Shown here in pieces: positions 40,438 to 48,107 of a DNA stretch of 59,401 nt. Numbering within the stretch: position 1 is the stretch's first letter; each line of letters begins with the position of its first letter. The notes beneath the pieces are model-generated. The model saw only the letters and a program-made list of their open reading frames with translations. It was not told the DNA's origin and made no database searches. Both the position numbers and the translations under genes were made by a program. Source of the DNA: a virus (Duplodnaviria; Caudoviricetes); IMG/VR virus record IMGVR_UViG_3300037529_000001, positions 1 through 59,401 of that record, one strand, 5' to 3'.

Positions 40438-40944
40438 CTACGAGGCGTCGATCAAAATGGCAGATACGAGCTGCAAGTGCAATTGGACTCGCTCGTTGCG
40501 CCGATCCATCATGGCACCGTATCGCTTGGAGTAATCGATGCGCCACGCGATACGCTCATCGCGGGACATGTGCTGCCTGAAGTGATGAATGTAGTTGATC
40601 AGCTCACGATCCATCATCTCCATGTGCGAATCGTGCTCCGGGTACGTCTCGTCGATCGTGGGAACGATGTCGCTCGTGTCGACGTCAGCCTGCACGTCCT
40701 CGATCTCTTCGATGACGTCGTCAATCGTGTGAACGCGAGACGACTCAACGACGATGCCAGTCGTGGTCTGGATCACAACATTGAGGAACGCGAGGTCAGT
40801 GCCTTCGATGTTCTTGATCGTGTAGTCAACGATCTGGCCCACGTGACGGAGAAGATCGCGGGTCTTGGCGGAACCCGTCACCACCATGACGTAGTCGCCC
40901 TTGCGCGTGTCGTTGACGTCGACCTTGGTGAATTGGGTGGTCAT
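40438..40944 (-). CDS. hypothetical early protein
   Basis: AAGGAG then ATG40944; strongly GC3-rich; first gene after the promoter. Confidence 0.7.
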   Translation of the reverse strand: MTTQFTKVDVNDTRKGDYVMVVTGSAKTRDLLRHVGQIVDYTIKNIEGTDLAFLNVVIQTTTGIVVESSRVHTIDDVIEEIEDVQADVDTSDIVPTIDETYPEHDSHMEMMDRELINYIHHFRQHMSRDERIAWRIDYSKRYGAMMDRRNERVQLHLQLVSAILIDAS

Positions 40945-40984
40945 CGTTGGCTCCTTGTTCGTTGGTCGTTGGCGGGCTAGGTCA

Positions 40985-41019
40985 ATCGTATCCTCATAGA
41001 AGAGACAATGTGCGATCTT
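40985..41019 (-). promoter_or_regulatory. AAGATC-N23-TACGAT promoter
   Basis: AAGATCGCACAT core with exact family spacing. Confidence 0.65.
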
Positions 41020-41590
41020 CAAGAAATAAATTTTGTAACGGTTGTGCAACAAAGTTTGATCTTAGGATGCCAGCACGAACCCGCACGTGAAAATATTGCA
41101 CATGCAAGTGTATGAGTTGATCTTGCACAACCAATTGATGCGCGCGGTGCGCGTGCGTGCGCGCGCGATATACCACATCAAGAAGATCAAGTCAAACACG
41201 TCTAAGATCAAAAATCACACCTCATCTACCAGGCACAACACGCTCAAACCCTCTTCAAGAAGATCAAAAACCCATGTGCTTAGTCGTCTACGGGATGTGT
41301 GAAAATAGCCCACGAGTAAGTGTTGTGCCTGGTCAGAGCGATGAGTTTTGTGATCAAAACGAGCTAGTCGATCTTTAAAGCATGCCAGTACGGATGATAA
41401 CATTTATGTAACAAAAGTTGATCTTGTACTAGGTCAAGATCTTTTTCATTGCATTATATTGTGTCACTTGAAGATCATTTTCATCATTCTTTACACTCAA
41501 GATCAATTCATTATGATAAATGAGCAAGATCATTGAAGAATGATGTTGATCTTCATATGTTATGTGAACATCATTGATCTTGATAATGAG
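41020..41590. repeat. second AAGATC/GATCTT array
   Basis: Many copies in non-coding DNA; includes an alternating GCGCGC/GTGC tract at ~41140-41167. Confidence 0.7.
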
Positions 41591-42090
41591 ATGACATACT
41601 CTCACTCATTTGCCCACGAGGTGGCGCACCCACATGCGTATGCATCATATATACATATGTACACACATAAGTGATGTGAATGATATCATTCGGGCATTGT
41701 GTTCATTTCAAGAACAAAATCCTTAAAGTGAACAAATGGCTTCATATAATCAACACTCTCGCAACATAGAACATTGAAAACATTCTCTATAAATGTCAAC
41801 ACAAATGCAATGTCAATGCTTGCAAAGAGAACATGATTATTGAAAACATTTGATTGTTTAATGTGCATGCTACACACATATGATGTTTTTCCATTATCAT
41901 TCTGTAGTGTTTCATAAATATGCAATGCGCATTTTTCAGCATAATTAAAATACAATGATGTATTATGTTTTGCATTTTCGAATTGCATTGTTGTCCTTTG
42001 CGTATACACACACTTCAAAAAATCACACATGAGTTTTTTGAAAAAATGTGATTCTTCAACGTGTTTTCAGAAAATATCGTATCAACACAT

Positions 42091-42124
42091 AAAAGTAGCA
42101 CCACCTAAAGGCGGCGCTACTTTT
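42091..42124. terminator. bidirectional-type terminator
   Basis: AAAAGTAGCACC..GGCGCTACTTTT. Confidence 0.7.
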
Positions 42125-42136
42125 AAGAAAGTGCGA

Positions 42137-43841
42137 TTAATTGAACAGTTTGATCAGTCCAAATGTCAGAAGACTGAACATTAGGACAGCACATCCGACC
42201 ATTCCGACAGCGGTAACACCACAACCTTTGTATCGTTCAGGATCTGGCGCGGGAGGAGGTGCTTTATGGACAACTGTTTCATCAGTCCATTCATGCAATG
42301 TTCTCAAACTCCTCATACCATTTAGGATTCATCGTCCACGCACCATCGGTATTGCGCGAAGCAATGATAATATCAGTGTGACGATCACGCATTTCAACAT
42401 TATCGACGATGACAAAGTCAAGACTGAGATTGACTTCGAGAACGTTCATGCACTCAACCATGGTCTTGAGCATCTCAATGCTGTGATCTTTAGGGCTGAC
42501 AAATGCAGTGTCACGGTCAGCATTTTCACAGGAATAAAAACCACTACGCATACTGTTGATGAAATGGTCATTATCAGTAAGTTCAACATCGTTACTGCTC
42601 ATAACCATACTCCACTTCGTGTCGCTTGCACATTGGGAAATTATATTCATCCATAACCCAATGCACACCTTCTTGCATTGTGTTCTTGTCGATGGGTCGC
42701 TGGCACATGATCTGAGAGCAGAATGCTTTCTGATCAGGAACGCCACTCCAAAGATAACGCTCGTGGAGGGTAGTTCCATCATCTAGAACGTACCACGTGT
42801 GACCTTTATTGGTTCGAATGCCAAGAACAGTCACCTCTTCATTCAATCCAGTGGTACGGATCTTTTGTCCTACAGCAAATTTTGCCACATTGCCTCCATT
42901 TTTGAATGGATTTGTGCCCGGTAAAGGAATCGAACCTTTACCAAGTACCATACGGGCTAGTAGTTCTCGTTCTTCAGATCACGTCTGAAGCGTCCAACTT
43001 CACGCGCTCGCTGCTGGCTGCGAACCTGCTTACGCCTACGTCCGTGTCGTCCGATGAATTCGTGCGGCTGGCAGCACCATTTCGGACAAGCCGACTGATA
43101 GTGCGCGTCACCCATCATACGAGCTTTGGTGCTCATAATCATCACCTTCCGCAATTAATTGAATGACACCGGGAAGAAGATCGATGATTTTGTAATGAGA
43201 TTACGATCGATACCTAATATTTCACAACTTTCCACATCCCACCGTTTACAGAGGTGATAGAACCTTTGTAAGTGTGGATGTGCGCAATGCGATTACCGTG
43301 CTCGTCGATCTCAATTTCCAGTTCAGGCGTGGACTGGTTGTAACCGGATCGGTCGAGAAACCGAATCTTGTTCAACACCTCAGCGAGAACGCTCATCCAC
43401 GCGCACACTGTGGCATTGTTGTGCGTGATTTCGCATTCACCCGGATTGACCGTTTCCGGCATCTTAGGCAACTCAGACATGGCATTTCCTCTCTGAAGTT
43501 TTATCGTGCGCGGGAGAGGAATCGAACCTCTCCTTACACCATGCGCGCTAAAATTCTATGTGTATCAGCGTGTTTCTGATATCCGCGTAAAGATCAGCCT
43601 TTTCACGATATTCGATGACACTCTCAAGATATTGAATCGTGAGGAACATGTCAAGAATCTCAAGAACCTGACTTAGGCCACTTACGGTCAGAAAAATCCG
43701 ATGACCGATTGCTGCACCATTCTTAGAGTTCATGATCAGATCCCAGTGGAGACCATCGCGTGAAACGAGATCTGCTCGGATTTTGATCGTGATCCCGTTC
43801 ATCTCGCGTTCTAGGACGTTGATGTATGACTTGTTCGTCAT
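42137..43841 (-). CDS. run of small early hypothetical genes (42137-42298, 42291-~42602, 42592-42889, 42957-43154, 43214-43480, 43548-43841)
   Basis: Co-oriented ORFs with GGAG-type RBS; no family recognised. Confidence 0.6.
42914..42957 (-). ncRNA. mini-tRNA element 3
   Basis: GCCCG-TATGGTACTT-GGTAAAGG-TTCGATT-CCTTTACC-GGGC-AC; begins on the G of the upstream TAG stop. Confidence 0.75.
43506..43548 (-). ncRNA. mini-tRNA element 4
   Basis: GCGCG-CATGGTGTAA-GGAGAGG-TTCGATT-CCTCTCC-CGCGC-AC; begins on the G of the upstream TAG stop. Confidence 0.75.
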
Positions 43842-43886
43842 CTCTACTCCTCTATGTTCTTGTTTTGTCGTCGTGTTCGTAGTTCT

Positions 43887-43921
43887 ATTGTATCTCCAGG
43901 ACAGGAGAAAACCCTGATCTT
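43887..43921 (-). promoter_or_regulatory. AAGATC-N23-TACAAT promoter
   Basis: Exact family spacing; upstream ~100 bp is homologous to the 7.8, 44.4 and 50.6 kb copies. Confidence 0.65.
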
Positions 43922-44074
43922 CAAGAGATAATGTTCAAGATTTTTTAGACGAGTCATTTACGTCGAGAAACACTTTAGAACTCTTCTGAGGAGATCAATT
44001 ACTTTCTCCAGTACGAACTACCAACCTGAGCTGAAAGCCTGTTAGAAGAGAGATCAAACTCTGGAACAGCGCAC

Positions 44075-44114
44075 AAAAAAGATCGCCGACCAATCGAAAT
44101 CAGTCGGCGATCTT
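44075..44114 (-). terminator. intrinsic terminator
   Basis: AAGATCGCCGAC..GTCGGCGATCTT with T7 on the minus strand. Confidence 0.8.
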
Positions 44115-44118
44115 AAGA

Positions 44119-44355
44119 TTAAAGATCGAGAATCTCTTTAAAGAGATCTCCCAATCGAACAGGTTCACCTGCAGATCGCTTAGCACTTACGCGATCTTCG
44201 AGACGATTCACGCGGTCTTTCCACGTGGCCTTCAATTTCTCCATGCGAAGAGCAGCGGCATGGTCACGGCACTGATCACACTCAAGATACCGTTCATTCG
44301 CCTCACGCTGCTGACAGTTCATACACAGGTGGTGGTCTTGTTCAATTGTCAACAT
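44119..44355 (-). CDS. small Zn-finger hypothetical protein
   Basis: CMNC..CDQC; lies between its own promoter and terminator. Confidence 0.6.
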   Translation of the reverse strand: MLTIEQDHHLCMNCQQREANERYLECDQCRDHAAALRMEKLKATWKDRVNRLEDRVSAKRSAGEPVRLGDLFKEILDL

Positions 44356-44394
44356 GTTATCCCATCTTGCTTTGTCTTGTTCGTTGTAGGTCCA

Positions 44395-44429
44395 ATTATA
44401 ACCCTGTGACAAGAGAAAACCCCGATCTT
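44395..44429 (-). promoter_or_regulatory. AAGATC-N23-TATAAT promoter
   Basis: Exact family spacing. Confidence 0.65.
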
Positions 44430-44628
44430 GAGGAAAGATTTTTTAGACAAGTCATCTACCAGGCACAATACTCTAAATTCACTTGGAGGAGATCAACAAC
44501 TTGAGTCGATATCAACTACACAAAACCTTAGAAAGTGTCTCAAATGATGATCTAGAGAAGTTCGACGATCACGTGTTCCCAGGTTATAATCGATTTAGGC
44601 AAGCAGGAACAAGACCAAAGAGGTTGAA

Positions 44629-44835
44629 ATGTACTCGTATAAAGAACGTGTAGCAAAACGATTGAAGCAAGGCAACACTATCAAAATCTTTGGTGCAGAT
44701 GATGTTTCATTCACGTGGTGGGATGTTGTCGCAATGTATCCGGATGGCAATAATATTGCTTTTGTTTTGACGGATGGCATTCAGCACATTGATTTTACAA
44801 TTCCATGCGACACCCACTTCACTGTTCGTTATTAA
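44629..44835 (+). CDS. hypothetical protein
   Basis: TATAAT at ~44585, GAGG RBS, terminator downstream. Confidence 0.6.
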   Translation: MYSYKERVAKRLKQGNTIKIFGADDVSFTWWDVVAMYPDGNNIAFVLTDGIQHIDFTIPCDTHFTVRY

Positions 44836-44844
44836 GCAATAGCA

Positions 44845-44880
44845 ATAAAAATACCCCGGTTAACGCCGGGGTATTTTTAT
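44845..44880. terminator. bidirectional terminator
   Basis: ATAAAAATACCCCGG-TTAACG-CCGGGGTATTTTTAT. Confidence 0.85.
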
Positions 44881-45080
44881 TCATCATCGTCAATATGGAA
44901 AATAATACATTTAGCTTTAGGTTCTAGTTGCGCATACATATATGGATCAATACCATCAGGATATTCAAAACCATATACTACATCAGCAATTGCAGTAAAT
45001 AGTTTGTCACTAAGATCATCAGGCAATTTTGATACATGAATGCTGATGAATTGACATTTGTCTTCATTATCATTTGTCAT
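44877..45080 (-). CDS. hypothetical protein
   Basis: ORF ends in the terminator. Confidence 0.5.
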   Translation of the reverse strand: MTNDNEDKCQFISIHVSKLPDDLSDKLFTAIADVVYGFEYPDGIDPYMYAQLEPKAKCIIFHIDDDE

Positions 45081-45300
45081 AGTGATTTGATGATATCGCC
45101 GATACCTTTAGCAAATGCCACAACGAGATCAATGATCCACTTCAATGCGCCAGCCACAATATCATGCTTATATGCAACAAGGAACACGCAAAGTGCTAGG
45201 CCACCATTAATAATCCATCTTTTCATTTCTTATCCAAAATTAATGCGGGTAACCATATATGAATATGATTACCCGCTCCTCATGGTCACCCCTGACCGCG

Positions 45301-45372
45301 CTGGTGAGATAGGATTCGAACCTATATTACCCAGATCCAAAATCTGGTGTCCTACCATTAGACGACTCACCA
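45301..45372 (-). tRNA. tRNA-Gln(TTG)
   Basis: Cloverleaf; CCAGA-TT TTG GA-TCTGG. Confidence 0.9.
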
Positions 45373-45437
45373 TCGCCGAATAGCGGTCCGCAAGTTTAGC
45401 TATTCGGCTTAACATTGTATGATATGCAAACAATGCG

Positions 45438-45517
45438 CTAGCATGAAAGGAGTTGAACCTTTAACCTCTCCTACGTGGCGATCACTGGAGTGCTCTATCC
45501 AATTGAGCTACATGCCA
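45438..45517 (-). ncRNA. tRNA-like RNA with enlarged anticodon arm
   Basis: Normal acceptor, D and T arms; arm reads CTCC-A-GTG-ATCGC-CAC-GTA-GGAG. Confidence 0.7.
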
Positions 45518-45561
45518 TAAGAATGAAATTGCATAATGTACCGAAAAATACAAGTTCATTC

Positions 45562-45635
<74 letters not shown>

Positions 45636-45650
45636 TATTCATTTATTTAG

Positions 45651-45743
45651 CGGTATGGTGGGAGTCGAACCCACATCAGGATCCCTCTCTTTTACCCGCC
45701 GGTAAAAGCCTCGTTCACCACTCTACCATTGAGTTACATACCT
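45651..45743 (-). ncRNA. tRNA-like RNA, anticodon arm replaced
   Basis: GGTATG/CATACC acceptor, ACTC/GAGT D stem, GTGGG-TTCGACT-CCCAC T arm; the middle carries CTTTTACC-GGCG-GGTAAAAG. Confidence 0.7.
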
Positions 45744-45788
45744 GGGTGCCCGATTACTAGAGACGCGACTCTCGTTCATCGTATTCCG

Positions 45789-45861
45789 TGCACGGACAGG
45801 ATCGTGAATCCCGTTATGCCACACTGTAGAAGACTCTGGAGAAACTTCTACGCACCGCGCA
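45789..45861 (-). ncRNA. degenerate tRNA-like fold within a hairpin-rich spacer
   Basis: TGCGCGG/CCGTGCA closing stem, GTAGAAG/CTTCTAC hairpin, CGGGA-TTCACGA-TCCTG T-arm-like hairpin. Confidence 0.45.
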
Positions 45862-45916
45862 TCCTTTTACAATTACTAAGGATCTTCATGATCTAAGGAG
45901 TGCCATCCGTCGATCG

Positions 45917-45989
45917 TACCGCATACGGGAATCGAACCCGTCTTCTCCAGAGTGAAAGTCTGGCGAGATTACCACTACTCCAATGCGGC
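45917..45989 (-). tRNA. tRNA-Glu(TTC)
   Basis: CCAGA-CT TTC AC-TCTGG. Confidence 0.9.
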
Positions 45990-45999
45990 TTATTTTACG

Positions 46000-46072
46000 T
46001 ACCGTATATGGGGATCGAACCCATGATCTCTGGATTGAGAATCCAGTGTGTTAACCACTACACTAATACGGC
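46000..46072 (-). tRNA. tRNA-Glu(CTC)
   Basis: CTGGA-TT CTC AA-TCCAG. Confidence 0.9.
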
Positions 46073-46076
46073 TCTG

Positions 46077-46149
46077 AGCTGGTGATAGGACTTGAACCTA
46101 CAACCTATCGCTTACAAGGCGATTGCACTGCCAATTGTGCTACACCAGC
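46077..46149 (-). tRNA. tRNA-Thr(TGT)
   Basis: ATCGC-CT TGT AA-GCGAT. Confidence 0.9.
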
Positions 46150-46153
46150 ATAG

Positions 46154-46234
46154 CGGAAGTTAATAGAATCGAATTATCATCTTACGATGGTATGGCTTAG
46201 CAAGCCACTTGAGTAACCATACTCACTAACTTCC
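46154..46234 (-). tRNA. tRNA-Ser(GCT), weak T stem
   Basis: GTGGC-TT GCT AA-GCCAT, long variable arm; A53-C61 mismatch. Confidence 0.7.
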
Positions 46235-46303
46235 TGGTTGGGCACCGCGTCGCCGATCGGCGTTATTCCCTCTGCGCCCCCTAGGCGGGCTCGGCTTGCA
46301 TTG

Positions 46304-46383
46304 CGGAAGGTAAAGGAATCGAACCCTTATCCGTAGATAGCCTGGTTTTCAAGACCAGTTATGCACCATGCATGCTACCTTCC
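46304..46383 (-). tRNA. tRNA-Ser(TGA)
   Basis: CTGGT-CT TGA AA-ACCAG; variable arm; G73. Confidence 0.85.
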
Positions 46384-46392
46384 ATACTTACG

Positions 46393-46466
46393 TAGTGAGA
46401 ATGGGGTTCGAACCCATATCAACCAGATTATGAGTCTGGGGCATTGACCTGTTATGCTATCTCACC
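46393..46466 (-). tRNA. tRNA-Met(CAT) (elongator or Ile2)
   Basis: CCAGA-CT CAT AA-TCTGG. Confidence 0.85.
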
Positions 46467-46469
46467 TCG

Positions 46470-46541
46470 TGGAATCAATCGGAGTCGAACCGATATCTAC
46501 CTGCTTGCAAACCAGGCGCTCTACCTTTAAGCTATGATCCC
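46470..46541 (-). tRNA. tRNA-Ala(TGC)
   Basis: G3:U70 pair; CCTGG-TT TGC AA-GCAGG. Confidence 0.85.
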
Positions 46542-46547
46542 TAGTTG

Positions 46548-46829
46548 GAGGGCCGGACTCGCACCGACTTAGCGCACTCACCACTTATCTAGAATATGGT
46601 GATCTATTGCTACGCAAATTGACCATGTCGCTCTCATCTAAGTTTGCATACTTTAGCACAGATGAGTGTCGCGTTGCCTCTCCCGGTGTGCTTAACCGTT
46701 TGTGCGTTGTCGGGAATCGAACCCGATGCTTCTGTCACTGTATTGCTCAATCTGGAGCACAGTTCTCCGCATTAACCATAACAACGCGCCTTTTCGCGTT
46801 TCCCCTTGTCCCGTGGGTGGCTGGCCCTC
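46548..46829 (-). ncRNA. ~280-nt structured RNA candidate containing a tRNA-like domain (46702-46789) and a long rod
   Basis: Terminal GAGGGCC/GGCCCTC pairing, two T-arm-like hairpins and nested helices. Confidence 0.55.
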
Positions 46830-46836
46830 AGTAACG

Positions 46837-46910
46837 TACTTCCGAAAGGACTCGAACCTTCACTAACCAGAACCTAAATCTGGCGCCTCTGCCAATTGGG
46901 CTACGGAAGC
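46837..46910 (-). tRNA. tRNA-Leu(TAG), short variable loop
   Basis: CCAGA-TT TAG GT-TCTGG. Confidence 0.9.
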
Positions 46911-46989
46911 TAGTGAATAAGGTTGCCCTTATTCACGTTTATCCACCAGTCAAACCGCATGTATAACTGATTGTTCGTGCCACCGAACG

Positions 46990-47062
46990 TACTCTCAGTA
47001 GGATTCGAACCTACACTTGATGGATTTTGAATCCATTGCCTCTGCCATTGGGCTATGAGAGC
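46990..47062 (-). tRNA. tRNA-Leu(CAA), short variable loop
   Basis: ATGGA-TT CAA AA-TCCAT. Confidence 0.9.
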
Positions 47063-47155
47063 TAGCATATTACATTACACAACAGCTGCAACTATTTAAC
47101 GTGCAATGCAATATACCATTTACGCACAGATAACCACTGTTCCTCAGATGGAGCG

Positions 47156-47230
47156 TGGGCCTAGAAGGACTCGAACCTCCAACATACACGGTAGAAACGT
47201 GCTGCTCTATCCAACTTGAGCTATAGACCC
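47156..47230 (-). tRNA. tRNA-Arg(TCT)
   Basis: GCACG-TT TCT AC-CGTGT. Confidence 0.9.
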
Positions 47231-47260
47231 TAATATGAAATTCTCAAACAACAATACTAC

Positions 47261-47339
47261 GCGGGATAACAGGAATCGAACCTGTATGTTATGACATCTG
47301 GGGAAGTACCATAACGTTTTGCCATTAAACTATATCCCT
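47261..47339 (-). ncRNA. tRNA-like RNA with extended anticodon arm
   Basis: GGGATA/TATCCC acceptor, GTTT/AAAC D stem, GTTATG-N16-CATAAC arm, ACAGG-TTCGATT-CCTGT T arm. Confidence 0.7.
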
Positions 47340-47407
47340 CACGACTAACGTTCTGTGGGCGTTACCCGTGACCCGCGAACAAACCTTGGTTTGTCGTTGT
47401 TGATTCA

Positions 47408-47416
47408 AGTATACCA
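47408..47416 (-). promoter_or_regulatory. extended -10 for the tRNA cluster
   Basis: TGG-TATACT on the minus strand just upstream of the RNA cluster. Confidence 0.5.
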
Positions 47417-47459
47417 GGCGTTCCAGGAGACTTTCTCTTCAGTGAAAAAGCCATATGAT

Positions 47460-47912
47460 TTAAGGTACAACACGATTTATATAAGCATCCTGAATACCAT
47501 CATCATACTTTGATGCTTGTGCTAGAACAAGTGCACTGGGTTGCGGTAGAAAAACCGTACTTCCTTTTCGCACTGTAAGATGTTCGATAATCGTAAATTC
47601 ATTGTCTGTTTCATGAATGGTAATGCGTGATGTCTCGCCATCAACAATCGTATGACCGCATGACCAGATGACATATGATGTAGGAGTTCGATAAAGTGAT
47701 ACTTCAAACCATCTGCATGCACTGCATCGATTACCCAAAGGAGCAAACTGCGTCGTATGCTTATAGTGAGATGTACGCTTGCTTGAGTTGTGGCCCAACT
47801 GAACTGCATCATCAAGACGCATCTTATCGCCATTGGGCATTGGTAGAAGAATAGTCATTTTCTTTGGCGCAGTGATGGCATTATCAAATGCCGGAAACAA
47901 AGTCTTCGTCAT
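47460..47912 (-). CDS. hypothetical protein
   Basis: GAGGA RBS; CSACRWFE motif. Confidence 0.7.
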   Translation of the reverse strand: MTKTLFPAFDNAITAPKKMTILLPMPNGDKMRLDDAVQLGHNSSKRTSHYKHTTQFAPLGNRCSACRWFEVSLYRTPTSYVIWSCGHTIVDGETSRITIHETDNEFTIIEHLTVRKGSTVFLPQPSALVLAQASKYDDGIQDAYINRVVP

Positions 47913-48107
47913 AGTTCCTCAATATGTTCTTGGACTAGTTGTAATTATATATGGTGATTAAGATCAATGTAACTGTCAACAACAGTCAGACGACGTTATT
48001 GATATTGTAAAACGTAACGCGAACAACTTTGTCACATGTGCGTTTCATCAAGAACAAGAGTAGTGTGAAAACTATGCATCATATGAAATCTTTTGAAAGA
48101 AGCTTAC

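Noticed and set aside
41686-42030. AT-rich 114-aa ORF
   Set aside because: No clear RBS or motif, and it lies beyond a terminator in low-complexity DNA; cannot be supported.
46235-46303. Twister or HDV/theta ribozyme
   Set aside because: GAGGG, UAA and CCCAA fragments occur, but I could not build P1 or a natural permutation, and no HDV P1 follows the tRNA 3' end.
46548-46829. Canonical tmRNA or RNase P RNA
   Set aside because: No G3:U70 acceptor, no tag ORF identified and no GAGGAAAGUCC motif. Kept only as an unknown ncRNA candidate.
46304-46910. Stop-codon suppressor tRNAs or genetic-code reassignment
   Set aside because: TGA and TAG here are anticodons (Ser, Leu), not CTA/TCA, and core genes are intact in the standard code.
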